Assembly (NCBI RefSeq): GCF_963921235.1
Contig: NC_086109.1
Location: 28,894,001 to 28,958,000 of the forward strand
DNA: 64,000 nucleotides
Source of the DNA: Mobula hypostoma
Lineage: Eukaryota
Reading direction: 5' to 3'
Of this stretch, positions 47,467-61,652 are shown piece by piece. A model generated the notes under the pieces. That model was not told the origin of the DNA and did not search any database. It worked only from the letters and a program-made list of their open reading frames with translations. Numbering within the stretch: position 1 is the first letter of the stretch; each line of letters opens with the position of its first letter. The position numbers and the translations under genes are program-made.

Positions 47467-48442
47467 CTCCTTGACTCCGTCTTAATTCTGAAATGATGTC
47501 CCTAATTTCAGGTTTCTTCATTGGGGAAAGATTGTCCTTCACTTCACTTGTTGATGCCCTTTAGGATTTTATAGTTTTCAGTCAGAACACCTGTCATCAA
47601 TAAAAACAGAAAATGCTGGCAAAGTTCAGAGGTTGGAAAGCATCTGTGAAAGGACAAACAGCTAGTGTTTCAGGTCAAAGAAACTTCGTTAGAACTGAGA
47701 TAGATAATCTTGCTTTGTTGCACTGGCCAGATCTTTGTATTTCTTCCCGAAACATCAAAAATCCATACCCCTGACATTATATGAATTTTCTAAATGATTT
47801 AGGTGAGGGGACTGATCTGCGGTTCATGTCTGTATTAAGAGGCTTAGAAATTAAGCTGTTTTGAAGATGAACCTGTGTAAAAGAGATAGTTCATGAAGAT
47901 GGGGATCTCAAAGAAGCAGTAGTTAATTATAATGAGAAGCAGCATGTACCCACTTAAGTATATAAAAAATACCAGTTTTGCAAAATAAAATAGGAAAAAC
48001 ACTAAAATTCAGAAGGGCCTGGCCTTGTACACAAAGAACTAGGAAGAGCAATGAATCAGGAAAGCAAGACATATGTTTGGTAATATTAAAATATCTGGAA
48101 TGTGAGAATGAAGTCTAACCAGACCTGTAGAACTGTGTATACTTTTTATATCCTTTGTTGATGTTGCATCAATATCATTACACACACTGCATATTGATCG
48201 ACAACAATACTGTGTTCTCAGCATCATGTGTATTTGAGCATGTGGTCACATGGAGGAGGGTGACTTAAAATTATATTGTGTGCAATGCATGAAGTGCCAA
48301 TCATATTTTCTGTTTTTGCTTCACAGTTCTGACTCGTTGTGTATAAAAGATACACACATGTATCAATTTCCAGGTTATAAAATTTGCAGTGATCTTAATG
48401 AGGTAAAGACATTTTTATTTGGAAGGTATAATATTCATTCAT

Positions 48443-48680
48443 TTAGAGATACAGCCCAATGAGCCACAGCACCCAGCAACTCACTTATTTAACACCAGCT
48501 TAATCACAGGACAATTTACAATGACCCTGTCGGCGGAAGGAAACTGGAATATCCAGAGGAAACCCATTTAGTTCATGGAGAGAAGGTACAAACTCCTTAC
48601 AGACAGGCCAAAATTGAACTCTGAACTCCAGAACAGCCGAGCTGTAATAGTATTGTGCTAACCTCTACGTTGTCTTGTGC
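48443..48680 (-). mobile_element. V-SINE-like element
   Basis: Matches 34570-34830 (ggaaactgga..atccagaggaaaccca...gtacaaactccttacag). Confidence 0.7.
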
Positions 48681-50114
48681 CCAGAGGTCACTGATGGGGA
48701 TTAGCAGATAAATGTTTATACTAAGATGAAGGGAAATCTCTTCAACCAAAAGGCTGTGATACTGAGTATTTCATTTTTCACACTTCATTATTGATATAAT
48801 TGAAATAAAGATTGATAGTTTCTTGGTTATTAGGGAATTAAAGGACATGCAGATGTACAGGAAACTCCGTTGAAGATGGAATGACATGGTTGATGTTCTT
48901 TTCTGGAGATATGTTATTCGTGGACCCATAAACCTCTGAGCTGCACAGGATAATAGCATGTTGCTCTACTGAGGTTATTAAAACAATATTATGAAAGTAT
49001 AAACAATTGCCATCTCAAAACTTGACATACTTTTAGTGGTGTTCTGGTGGAGCTCAGTATTTTACAGCAAAGGCTCAAAGGACTGCCATTGAAAATAATT
49101 GTCTGAATTTTCATGTTCCACAACTTTGGTGATATAAGTCATCTTTAACATCAATAAGGTGACAGTCTTCATTTACTGTGCCTCTTACAGTAGCTTAAAG
49201 ATGTTATTCCATTGGTGCTTGTGTAAGTCAAAATCACCGTTTACAATTTGCATGAACATTGCCTAATAATTGTTGAAACCTCATCTCAAAACCCTATATA
49301 GATAGAGTCCATCAGCAGATGGTGGCTGAAAGGTCTGTAACAAATGTGACCTCTGGGGATTATGTAAACTGACTAATGATTTTGGAGAGATATGCTGCAA
49401 TCACCCACATGTGTGAGCAACGACGGGAGCAGTTACACTTTTGGTGCTTCATTTAAAAGATGCTACTTCAAAGAGTGAAGGGCCTTTGCTGTCTTTCCTA
49501 AATTACTCGTTTTATTTTCTGCAACATTATAGTGATTATCCTACTCCCTCTTACCATTTCAATTGGTTACAAGTGCAAGAGCAAACAGTGGTGCTCAGAA
49601 AAGAAAATAATGTTGAAATATTGATTCAACTGATTCTTCAAATGCACACACAAGCATTGGTGGTAGAGATATTGTGCTGGAGAAGTTAGATGAACATGTG
49701 CCAGCTCACACTAGTGCAGAGGGACATATGATGGGGCATAATCATCATGGATCAGATGTGCAGGCAACAGTGCCCACTATGATTGTTTGGAAAAGGCCTA
49801 GAAATCAGTTATCGCTCATGGCAGTTAATTGTAACCTACCACTCTTGCATGAAGACGCTGCCCAGAATGGAATGACATTGAAGACACAGTTGATCTGGAG
49901 AATAAGTTCTCAGATTCTCTGATGTTGCTCCGGACACTGCTCTCTCAGTGCTGGACAGAAGTAAAGAGATACTCCACCACCAGTGGGAAGACATGAAATA
50001 AATCAATTGCGAGAACTGAACTCCAAGGAAATTGATGAAAACATTGGAAGTGTTCAAGTAGTTTCAAGCTCCTCAGATTACACATCACTGATGATTTCAC
50101 CTGCACTGTACACA

Positions 50115-50615
50115 CAGGCTTTGTGTGAAAAGAAAGCAGAACGGCTGCTCTTCCACGTCAGGCGACTGAAGAAGTTTGGCATGGGCCCCCCAAGTCCTCA
50201 AGACCTTCTACAAGGGCACTATTGAGAGTATACTGATTGGTGGTATCACCGCCTGGTAGGGGAACTGCACCAACCTTGATCACTGGGCACTGCAGAGAGA
50301 GTTACAGACAGCGCAACACATCTGTGGATGTGAACTTTCCCCCACTGAGGACATTTACAGCGGCAGGTGAAGAAAGAAGGCCTGGAAGAGCATTGGGGGC
50401 ACAAGTCACCCCAACCATAAACTGTTTCAGCTGCTTCCATCTGGCAAATGCTACCATAGCATTAAAGCCAGGGCCAACAGGCTACGGGACAGCTTCTTTC
50501 TACAAGCCATTAGACTTTTAAATTCACATGTCCGTACATTGTAATGGAGAAATAACGCAAAGATTTTTATTCCCTCACATTGTGGGATGGATGTAAGATT
50601 TAAGTAAATTCTAAT
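50115..50615 (+). mobile_element. Rex1/Babar-like LINE 3' fragment
   Basis: KKAERLLFHVRRLKKFGM, FYKGTIESIL, HPNHKLFQLLPSG. Confidence 0.8.
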
Positions 50616-51529
50616 GATGTCACAATAGTTATCAAGGTGATAAACTTATTTGATACATTAATTCCTTTTGCCTCACACCTAAATATTTTGGCCTCACTAC
50701 TCATGAAAGCAGTCACATTTCTGGCTTATTACTTAAATGAAGCTGCTTCTGTGAGCGTGTGGTCTTGATCCTTGAGTGTTGCTTCAATGAATATTGTCCA
50801 CAAAGTTACAGTGATCAATTGCTTAGCCACTCTTACCGTTTCACAGGTGTACGATCAAGAACTTATGGTCAGAAGAGTTCACAAGGAAGGAAAACATGGA
50901 AAGGTTCGTTCATTTGGATCTAAAAGTGCCATACAAAAATCGTTGGAAGGTGGAAAATCTTCAACGTATGACAATGATTGTGTTATATTTATTTTACCAT
51001 CTCCTTTCCTTAGAATTTCACTTCTGATGTTCAACACTGTTTTAATCCTGACCTCCCCACATATTGCAAACAAATTACAAATGATTCCATAAGCGTGCTG
51101 GTATTGGAGGAAGGATGTCACATGACCATCACTCATAAATTCTTTTCCTCCTTGGGGGTGAAGCTTGTCTAAGCGTAAGGCATGACATAGCAATCAAGAA
51201 GAGACTGTTTGCCTTCACTGCTCATTTCACTTCCTCCTCAGCGGGAAAATCAGTGGGATGAGGGAGCTGATGACAGCAGTAAGCAGCAAAACTGGAGGTA
51301 ACCTTGTGAAAGACTTCATTACCTTATATCCTCTTTCTTTTCTTATTTCTATCATGCTCTGGATAACAAACTGAGCTTTTAATTTCCTTTGCTTTCTGCA
51401 CACTGTTTACACTAAACGCTAAACCTTCTGGCTCTCTTTCTGGTCAGGTTCTGAAATGTGGAGATATTTCAGATTCAGATTCATTTACTTATCACATGTA
51501 TATCAAAATGTACAGTGAAATGACGCAAA

Positions 51530-51951
51530 TGTTGCTCGGATATGGCCCAAGTGCAGAGTGAGAGACACTGAAGCGGGTCAATAGTTCACAGACTTTAATG
51601 CAAACAGAGTTAGAGGGAATAGAAAGTAATAAACGCTCGGCCAAACAGGGCCACTAACTAAAACACTCAAATGAAAAATGAAGCCAACACAGTGGCCGAA
51701 AAGAATAACTAAATATAAAACAGATACTGCAAGACTTCAGAGTCAGTTGACTCGACAGTCCAATTCCTCAGGCAAGGCTGAATGCAAACAGGCAGCAAAA
51801 TGCTGCTGTGCTTTGCTCAGGTCTCGACAAGCATGATGATGAAAAGAATGGAGTTAAATACCATCACAATGAGATAATAATTAGTTGACACATGCATATT
51901 CACGAGAGCCATTGCCATGTCTGCTGCACTGCCAAATCCGTGGTTGTGACA
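51530..51951 (-). repeat. Probable Gypsy solo LTR
   Basis: TG...CA ends, minus-strand ATTAAA and TATTTAA in LTR-like positions; no clear TSD. Confidence 0.45.
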
Positions 51952-52100
51952 CCCACCTGACCTAAGGAAGTGCTGGGGCAGCCCGCAAGTTTTGCCACCT
52001 ATTCCAACATAACATACCCACTATGTTCACAGAACAACAGCAATAAAGCAATAACCGCAAAACCAGAACCCACATCCCCTCCACCCACCACCCAAGTACA

Positions 52101-52101
<1 letters not shown>

Positions 52102-52145
<44 letters not shown>
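52102..52145. repeat. (CA)n microsatellite
   Basis: About 22 perfect CA units. Confidence 0.95.
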
Positions 52146-52152
<7 letters not shown>

Positions 52153-53544
52153 GAGCCCAGGACAGCCCATCTTCAGTCTCCAGGGCTCCAGGGTTCAGTG
52201 GACATGGACTTAGACCTACTTCCAAAGCAGGAACCCCAACTGGCTGAACATGTAGCAGCGCTCAACATGAGCCCAAGCTCACATTAAACAAATGGGTTAA
52301 AGGACTGGTCTTTCGCTTTTTAAAATATGGTTGACAGCTATGATAGTACTAAAAAACGGTTAAGTTTTCCACTATGCTGTGATAATTGATCAAAGGAGGC
52401 AACATAATGAAAAAAAAATCTTATCTGAGCATTAATATTTCATCAATTTTCCCATGGTACAAAGGAAGTCCAGTAGGTCACAGAGCAGGTAACCAGGAGC
52501 CTGCGGCAATTAGAAGCACACAGAATTGTAGATTAAGTGGGTGTAATTGAGAGGGTGAAACTGAAATAAGCTGCTTCTCTTTCAAAAGAACTCAGTAAGT
52601 CATGAACCTAGCAGGGGGACTGACAAATCCAGGTGAGTGACAGCCTGTCAAATAACAGCATGCTTTATAGCTGGACGCTGGGATTACATGCAAGTCATTG
52701 CTGGCTTCCGCGCATGTAACCAGGAAAGAGGAACACAGACATAATTAATATAGGTCAGCTCTCTTAAGAGAGAGGAGAGTTCGAGGTTCAGTCTCAGTGC
52801 TGGGGTTCCTTTCGCATTACACTAGTTGATGGAGGACATTTATAACCAAGACAGGGGAACTGTAGTCACGTGATTCCGTTCCTAGTCAAAATAAAGAGAA
52901 ATCCAACCGTGCTGGGCTGCCGCAGGCTCAGTACCTATCCCAAATGTTGCCATGCTTCATAAATCTCTTTTCACTTTTGCTTCTGGGCCTACACAGCAGA
53001 GAGCTGGATTTCTGCAAAATGAAAATTTGTTTTGTTTTGTTCAAAAAAATGTTGGAACTAAGACAGATGCATCACTTGTACATCAATCACCTAATTAACC
53101 CATTGAGGACTCAATGTCTTTTACAGCTGACAAAACACTTGCAGTTACAGAAACTGAGCATTCACAAATATACGTAAATATCATTGGAAAAGAAGGCGGT
53201 TTATTCTAAACTTCCTTCTTTACAGGCAATTAATTAAAAGAATCTTTGACTTCCAAACTTGTATAATCCATTAACTTTTTCTCACATTTTGGAAACATAA
53301 GACATATTGAGATACCAGTTTTTCTTAGTCTGTATGTACTGAGCAAATAAGTTAGAAGACTGGTCAAACTCATTTGGATGTGCTCTTGGAGGTTTGATGC
53401 ATGATGTGAATTCTAACCAAATGACATTTGCCTACCGTTTGCAAATGTTAATATGAAGGTTGTATTTTTGTTTTTGACAGCTTTGCTCATAATGAAGAGC
53501 TGAAAATTAATGTGAGAGAGTTAACTATATTAACAATGTAAATG

Positions 53545-53820
53545 TCCCTGTTGTACAATAATACAATGTATAATGCACAATTGATTCCTGTTGTACAGTA
53601 ATCCAATATACTGCGCATTTCAGAAATACAGAGTGCACAGTCTATAATTCACTGCCAATATCTCCTATGCAGTAATTCAATAAACAGCAAATTCCTGTTA
53701 CGCAGAGCATATAATCTATAATTCACCACTGATTCCTGATATGTGGTAAATCACCTGTAACGAATTGCTAATCCCTGTTAAGTAGTAGATACGATCCACA
53801 ATGTGCAACAGATCCCTGCC
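53545..53820. repeat. Degenerate ~40-bp tandem repeat
   Basis: t(t/c)cctg anchors at 53545, 53585, 53692, 53733, 53772 and 53813. Confidence 0.6.
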
Positions 53821-54909
53821 AACATTAGAAGCAATATTCCACCACTACTATCAAGCCAAGTGTGAACCTTATTCAAAGAGGCAGGCAGAAAAGCATACCA
53901 GGTGAAGTTTCTAAAATTGCAATGTTGTCAGAATGAATCTACCGACAAATTGTAACATGCATGCTAAACAACAGAACTGCTAACAGACCCAAGGGATCCA
54001 AAAATTGGATCAGGTCACAATTAAGTCACATCCTGTCTTCAATGATGACGAGAAGTTGAAAGACTAATAGTGGGGAGGAAAGTAGTGAAGATCTAATCAT
54101 GAGTAATGGTGCGTCTCAGTCTAGTACAAAATGATCATCAATGATCTCTCATTCAATTGCCCTTATTTTATCTAGTGCATTCGGTAGAAACAGGTGAAGT
54201 GTCGTTTCTGTGATGATGTGCACTTCAGCAGGAGGGGAAAATAGATCATTCACCAGAGCCCTGTCTTTTACAATCATATGCTGGACCCTACCATCACTGA
54301 GGAGACTAATGCTTACAAGGCCTCCTCTTCTGTCCACTGTGTTTGGCTGTGTGTTATCTGACTGCAGCACTGGGTGGCAAAGTGGGGCAGACAGTACAGT
54401 TGGGAATGTGTGGAGAAGTTCATTGTGATTATTGACAACATGGGTTTGTGGATCAGCATGGACTGGAAGGGCCATGGAGCCATTTCTTTGCTGTATCCCT
54501 ATGATTCTATGCAGTCTGTGTGGAGTTTGCATGTGCACCTCTGTCCATGTGGGCATCCTCTGAACACTCTGGTTTCAAAAATATGAGGGGTGGTAGGTAA
54601 TTCACCACTACTGTGCAGTAAAATGATAAAAATATGGGGGAAGTTCATAGGAAATCATCCCTACTAGGAATGTACAGAGAATGAAGGATTAGTGTCATTG
54701 GGAGTTCAACAGTTGGTGTAGACTCAAAGGACAAAACTACCTCTTTTCAATCTGTATCTTGCTGTGGTTCTATGATTCCATTGCTACTGAGTTTTGATGT
54801 GATCTATGATTTGAATTCGCTTATGAGTTTTGCTAAGAGGCAGTTCACTGTGGGCTTGACGCTAACTTTGAGATGTTCATTCTCACTCCTCATAAAACAA
54901 GGAAATGCC

Positions 54910-57785
54910 TGCTGTGCATTTAATATTTCAGTAATATTGTAAGCATATTGTTTGATTAAGAATTCTTTCTTGTTCCCATAACGCATTGTAGGTTATATGT
55001 AAAAGTATGTGAATGGCATACATTATCATGCCTCTACGTCATACACGCGCGCCTCGCTAAAAGTAAAAATGGAATTTACACCAGTTATCTCCCAGCACTC
55101 TTGCTAATCTTTCAATTAATTTTCATGCTTTGGAGTTACAAAACCTAACAGTGGTGACGAAGAAGCTTTCAACGAACCCAAGATAACTAACTAATGAGGT
55201 GCAGCGAGAAATGATTGAGTTTTTTAAAAAAAGCACAGCACATTTATTTTTCTTTGCAGCAACATATTTTATCTCTGAAGGAAAGATGATCAAGTCGAAA
55301 GAAAAAAAACAGAGTAAACAGTGAGTACCAGAAAGATTGAGGCATTTGATTGCAAAAGAGTTAACTTCATTTTGTAAACTGAACGGATTGAACAGCAAGT
55401 GGAATAGGCGATGAGAAGTGGGTGCCAGATTTGCTAAGTGCATTTTGTTAAAGACATACAGTTTGCTTTGTGGTTTGACTGCTCCAATCAAAACAACGGA
55501 AATATGCTTTGCTGATCATAATGCATTAACATTTAGAACTGAAACTATTGTAAATTGCAGAATGCTTCAGGTTTCATCAGTGAAATCAAAACAAAGAGGA
55601 TTCCATTTCTGCATACATGGCTAAATTAAAGAAGCTCTCTGAGCATTATCGGTTCAGTAACATACATAATGATGCACTGAGAGATTGTTTTGCTTGAGGA
55701 TTCTTACAAGAAAGCATTCAAAAATGGCTCCTAACTGAAGCACAAGTTGCATTTAAAAGATCAGTTGAAATAGCTGTATCAAAGGAAACAGCATTTATAG
55801 AGACACAACTAAGTTGCAGTCAGGAATGAAAGTGAGTGTGAACAAAATGAACAGAAACAGGCCTGGCCAAGCAAATTGTGTTACTGTGGTAGCAGGGGCT
55901 TACATACATCAGACCAAAGCAGATTTAATGGTGAAACTTGCAGAAATTGCAACAAAGTAGGACACATGCAAAGAGTTTGTTGGGCAGACAAATAAGTGGA
56001 CTGCACAGGGAATAGAAAAAGATAAAAAGTCAAACTGCAGCTTTAAAAACAGTGCTAATCTGCATGCAGTTGCTGAAATATCTGATAATGACGTGAGTGA
56101 CGCAGGACTGGTTATCCTGAGACTTAAAATGTGAAAACTGACACGAGACAAGCAATATGGCTTACACCAGAAGTGAACAGCAAAGTAAGTAAAATGGAAT
56201 TGGACAATGGCTGGGCTGTTTCAGTCATTTCACAAAATAAGTTTGAATAGCATTTCAAAGGTAAAGGAAATAGTGATATCAAACACCATACTCACACATT
56301 ATGATCCACATTGTCTATTGAATTTTGCCCGTAATGCTTTGCATAAAAAATATAAATCAGATCAAATGTCTACCTATTATAGCAATGCTGATTCAAAAGA
56401 AAACCAGAAAGGACTCCACACTGCCTCAGGTCTACATTGCCACCCAAAATGGCTGGAAGGTGCAGCAGAAACTCCAGATCCCCTATTTTCACCAGCATTG
56501 GGACGAACTTGCCTTTGACGGAGGCTACGTACATAGCAGTCATCTAGGCATGGTTAAAATAAAATTGTTGTCTGGTGGTCTGGGATAGATCAGCAGATTG
56601 AGCAATTTAGCATTCACTGTTTACGATGCCAGCAAGTCCAGAAGATCCTGAGAGCAGTGCCTCTCCATCCCTGGGAATAGCCTGCATTGCCCTGGCAGCA
56701 GATTCATGTGGATTTTGCCAGACCATTCATGGACACAAACTTCTTGTTAGCAGTGGATGCAGCTACAAAGTGGCCAAAAGTGTTCCCAATAGCCTCCACT
56801 ACAGTCTTGCTCACTGTTGACATGTTGAGAAGCCTCTTCTCAAGGATTGGTGTTCCAGGGTCAGAGACAATGGACCATAGTTTCAGTTAGTCCTGAAAAT
56901 GAATGGAATAAAGCATATTACATCTGCATCACACCACCGAGCTACAAATGGCTTGGCATTAAGGGTTGTCCAGAGTCTAAAGAACACACCGTGAACAATG
57001 ACAGCAGAACACACTTCACTGATGCTGAGTCAGAAGCTCGACAATTTCCTCCTTGCATATCGCAATGCAGCACACTACACAACCAGCAACTCACCAACTA
57101 TGCTGTTCCTGGGATGTCTTTTGCACTCACTCTTGGATATCCCCAAATCCAATCTCAGAAGGACTACGCAGGACACCCAGCTGAGACAAGTTGAAGACCC
57201 CTCAAACAAGGAGGCTCAAGGCTTCACTCCTGGACAAGCAGTCCTTGTGACTAAAGTGGATATTCAGAAAAATTATGGACAGAACTGAACCAATCTCCTA
57301 CACAGTGGAGATTGCATATGATATCATCTAGAGACAACACATCAGTCTGTTAAGGAGAGCAGAATCAATAGTTTGAGAAGGAAGTTAATTCATTATGCTG
57401 TGGATGTTGACATAGTTGTTGTATTATATAGTATACACTGTGTGTGTTGTGTGTGTGTCTGCGTGTATATATGTATATAAGTTGCGATGCATTCTGTGTT
57501 GAGTTGGAGTTTATAGATAAGCATTCAGGAGTGCTGTGTATTTAAAATTTCAGTACTACATGAATAATATTGTAAATACTGTATATTGTTTGATTAAGCA
57601 TTCTTTGTTGTTTAGATAATGCATTGTGGGTTATATGTAGAAGTACGTAAATAGTGTATATTATCGTATCACCATGTCATACGCGCACCTCACTAAAAGT
57701 AAAAAGCAACGTACTCAAATTTTCTCCCGGCTCTCTTGTTTTCCTTTCAATTAGTTTTTATGTTTTGGAGTTTAAAAACACAATA
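54910..57785 (+). mobile_element. Second Mag-like Gypsy LTR element, old, RT deleted
   Basis: LTRs 54910-55150 and 57532-57785; TSD atgcc/atggc; PBS tggtgacgaag; gag (IAECFRFH, NDALRD), protease (MELD.G.AVSVI) and integrase (PWQQIHVDFARPF..FLLAVDAATKWP) remnants. Confidence 0.88.
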
Positions 57786-59431
57786 ATGGCACATTAAGAA
57801 TGGAAAATTGAATGTTCTACCAGGTCAAAAGATTCATATCAATGTATGCCATTTTCCAGAAGGAACAGGTTTCCCAGAAAAAAAGGCACTTTCTGGTGTA
57901 CCCTACTTTGTTAGACTGGCTCATCTGCGTTTAGGTTTTAAGGAATATTGCCTACAAATTTGTTGAAAGCATGAAATGATCACAGTTGTTGAACGAGATC
58001 TGAGCCCTTGGGAATTACCAAATACAGAATAACTGAGATTATCTCCCAAATAACTGAGATTAGAAATGGGAAATAAACTGAGAAGAAGGTAATTTACTAT
58101 GGTGATTAATGCTAAACCGGTACTGAAGGAGAAATAACAAAAAGGAAAGATCAATTTGTTTGAAGGAGAAAGACAAAAAAGATAAGAATAAATATAAAAT
58201 TAAAATATGACAATGAATCTTTTGAGATGCTTTTAAAACAACCTGCGGAAGGGACATTTCACATTTACATTTTATTCTTTTTCTGAGTATGCAGTCGATT
58301 GATTATCATGAACACTAATTATGCTTTTAAAGTGGGTATTTATGCTACAAATTAAAAGGCCACATACTGAGTAATTGCCCATCAGGGTAATTAATGTTCA
58401 AATGCAGCAACATTATGAGAATAATAGAATGTTTAGCAAGTCACTTTGATAATACAAACAACAGCATGACATAAACTGACCAACAATTTACAGACATTCA
58501 CAATTCACAGATTATATCTTTTTTTCAATCTTAATGGTCATATTGTGGATTAATATTGATGTACCATTCCACATACAGTCTCAGTATTTTATCAGTAAAG
58601 TCCTTTCATTACATTTCCGGTGTAGCCATTAGTCAGAATGCACCTTTCAGTTTTACTGCATCTGGTTGGATAGTATTTAATGATTCCTGAAAACGTATGG
58701 TGAAACCAGAACATAAACGTTGGTTGCCGGGATTTTTTCATTTCACTTTGTATACATTTAAGGGGAGGTTGTCGTTATTGATATTGCCAGCATTTATTTC
58801 TGATCTATCAGGTACTTTTACGATGCTGGTGACGAAAGATTCAAGGATTTAGACCATGTGATTTTGAAGGGCAATTAGTTTTTTCAAGTAGAATGATGTG
58901 CCCTTTCATGGGAACCTGAAACTGATGTGTTTAAAAGTTAAAAGTAAATTTATTATCAAAGTACATAAATGTCACCATATACTACCCTGAGATTTATTTT
59001 CTTGCAGGCATTCACATTAAGTACAAAGAACCACTTCAGGATCAATGAAAAACCGCACATAACAAAGATGGACAAACAAGCAATGTGCAACTAAAAACAA
59101 ACTGTGCAAACACAAGAATGAAGAAAAATCAAAATAATAATAATAATAATAAATAAACAGGCAATAAGTATAGAGAGCATGAGTAGTCGTGACCTTGAAA
59201 GTGCGTTCATAGGTTGTGGAATCAGTTCAGTGTAATGGTGAGTGAAGTTTACTTATTAATTTTTATTTAGTGAAACAGAACTTAAGAGACCCTTCCAGCT
59301 CACCGAACCATGACCCTTGCAACACACCGATTTAACCTTAGCCTAATCACAGGACAAGTTACAATGATCAAATGGCAGAGCAGCTCAATAGGGCTGAATG
59401 GCCTAATTCTGCTCCAGTGTCTTATGGTCTA

Positions 59432-59942
59432 AATGATAATGCAGAGGAGTTTAAAATTGCTGTCCCTCTCCACCTCTGATCCACTGGTGAGGACTGACTC
59501 ATGGACTTCTGTTTCTTCCTCAATAATCACCTTTTTGGTTTTACTGGAATTAATTGAGAGGTTTTCGTTGTGGCCATTCAGCCAGATTTTCACTCTCCCT
59601 CCTAAACTCTGATTCGTCACCACCCTTCAGCCAATAGCAGTATTGTCAGCAAACTTAAATATGGCATTGGAGCTATACTTAGCCCCACAGTCAGAAGTAT
59701 AAAGTGAGTAGAGCAGGGGGCTCAGCACGCAGCCTTGTGGTGCACTGTGTCGATGGAGACTGTGGAGGAGATCTGTTAATCTGAACTGACTGAAGTTTGC
59801 AGATGAGGAAGTCAAGGATCCATTTGCACATGGAGATATTGAGGCCTATGCCTTGGAGCTTATTGATTACTCTTACGGGATGATAATGTTGAACGCCAAG
59901 CCGTAGTCAATGAAAAGCATCCTGATATATGCATCTTCACTT
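59432..59942 (-). mobile_element. Rex1/Babar-like RT fragment
   Basis: APQGCVLSPLLYSLYTSDC.AKYSSNAIFKFADNT; NLSINSSKTK. Confidence 0.85.
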
Positions 59943-60195
59943 TCTTAGCTCAGGGTCCACTTACTTTGGTCGATTGCATTCCTGGAAAATGGGGTGTGTA
60001 ACACTTGTTTTTGTAATGCAAAGCCATTTCATCTCTGCATAGATTCATAGAGCACTACAGCATAGAAAAGGGCACTTCAACTCATCTTGTCTATACTGGC
60101 CTGGTTTTCTGCCTAGTCCCATCTACCTGCACCTGGACCATAGCCCTCCGTACCTTTCTCAACCATTAACCTATCCAAACTTCTCTTAGGGGTGA

Positions 60196-60480
60196 CAGGT
60201 GGATAGCACAACGCTTTAAAGTACAGGCAACCCGGGTTCAACTCACACTGCTGCCTGTAAGGAGTATGTACATTCTCCCCATGACAGTGTGGGTTTCCTC
60301 TGTGTGCTCCAGTTTTCTCTCACTATCCAAAGACATACTGGTTGGTAGGTTAATTGGTCATTGTAAATTGTCCCGTGATTAGACTAGGATTAAATCGGGA
60401 GATTGCCCGGCGGTGTGGCTCAAAGGGCCGGAAGGGCCTATGCCGTGCTGTATCTCAATAAAATAAATAAATAAATAGAT
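60196..60480 (+). mobile_element. V-SINE (HE1-like), well preserved
   Basis: cccgggttcaactc B box, V-like core, (taaa)n tail. Confidence 0.85.
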
Positions 60481-61006
60481 AAACAGATTTATAATTGAAC
60501 CCATAGTTACCACTTCCACTGGCAGCTCATTCCACATTTGCACCTCCATCTGAATTAAGTTCTTCCCCTCAGAATCTCTTAAAATATTTCACCTTTCACT
60601 CTAAATCTACTGTATGACTGCTAGTCCCATTCACATCCAACCTCAAGAGGAAACAATTGCATTTATTCACCTTATCTATTCCCCTCATAATTTTGTATAC
60701 CTCTACCTCACTCTCCTGTGTTCCAGTGAATGAACACCTAATGTATTCAACATTCCCTATAACTTAGGTCCTTGGCCCAGCCTCACCCATGTATGTTTCC
60801 TCTGCACACTTTGAAGCTTATTGATATCTTTCCTGTAGATAGGTGACCAGAACTGCACATAATACTCCAAATTTGGCCTCACCAGTATCTTATACAACTT
60901 TAACATAACATCCTAACTCTTAATGCTCTTAATTATGAAAAACAATGTGCCAAAAGCACTCTTTATGATCCTGTATAGCTGTGAAGCCACTTTCAAGTAA
61001 TTATGG

Positions 61007-61100
61007 GCACTGCCCAGAAGAAGGCAGTGGCAAACTATGATTTGCCAAGAACAATCATGGTCATGCATAAGACAGCACATAATGATGATGATGAGGATGA
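61007..61100 (+). mobile_element. RTE-related SINE 3' fragment
   Basis: agaaggcagtggcaaac...ttgccaagaacaatcatgg...(atg)n tail, splitting the CR1. Confidence 0.55.
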
Positions 61101-61221
61101 ATCTGTATTCCCAGGTCCCTTTGTTCTACCATAGACCTCAGTGCCCCGCTCACTTTGTTAGTCTTACCCCGCTTTTTTCTCCCAAATCCAACACCTCGCA
61201 CTTGTCTGTGTTGAATTCCAT

Positions 61222-61652
61222 GCAACACACATCAAAGTTGCTAGTGAACACAGCAGGTCAGGCAGCATCTCTAGGAAAAGGTACAGTCGATGTTTCGGGC
61301 CAAGACCCTTCGTCAGGACTAACTGAAGGAAGAGCTAGTAAGAGATTTGAAAGTGGGAGGGGGAGGGGGAGATCCAAAATGATAGGAGAAGACAGGAGGG
61401 GGAGGGATGGAGCCAAGAGCTGGACAGGTGATAGGCAAAAGGGATATGAGAGGATCATAGGACAGGAGGCCTAGGGAGAAAGAAAAGGGGGAGGGGGGGA
61501 AAAACCCAGAGGATGGGCAAGGGGTATAGTGAGAGGGACAGAGGGAGAAAAAGGAGCGAGAGAAAAAGAGAAAGAAAAAGAATGTGTGTGTAAAAATAAG
61601 TAACGGATGGGGTATGAGGGGGAGGTGGGGCATTAGCGAAAGTTTGAGAAGT
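61222..61652 (-). mobile_element. Penelope-like 3' fragment, same young subfamily as 19975-20944, hammerhead at 61285-61320
   Basis: Highly similar to 20012-20430; sense AGTC-CTGACGA-AGGGTCTTGGCCC-GAAA-CA-TC-GACT. Confidence 0.9.

Larger units (their letters stand above)
51470..52290 (-). mobile_element. SINE-like element (family of 18870-19575) interrupted by a probable solo LTR
   Basis: cagattcagattc tail, atcacatgta.atcaaaa..tacagtgaaatg; resumes at ~51955 (gtgctggggcagcccgca). Confidence 0.6.

Noticed and set aside
49280..49500. Possible Deu-domain (AmnSINE/SacSINE-like) relic
   Set aside because: Too degenerate to support without alignment.
53545..53820. CRISPR-like array
   Set aside because: Eukaryotic context, anchors only 6-8 bp, spacers related to each other, no cas genes.
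54149..54556. 135-aa ORF, and the 110-aa ORF at 62075-62407
   Set aside because: No recognisable homology or convincing splice context; short host exons cannot be excluded without RNA data.
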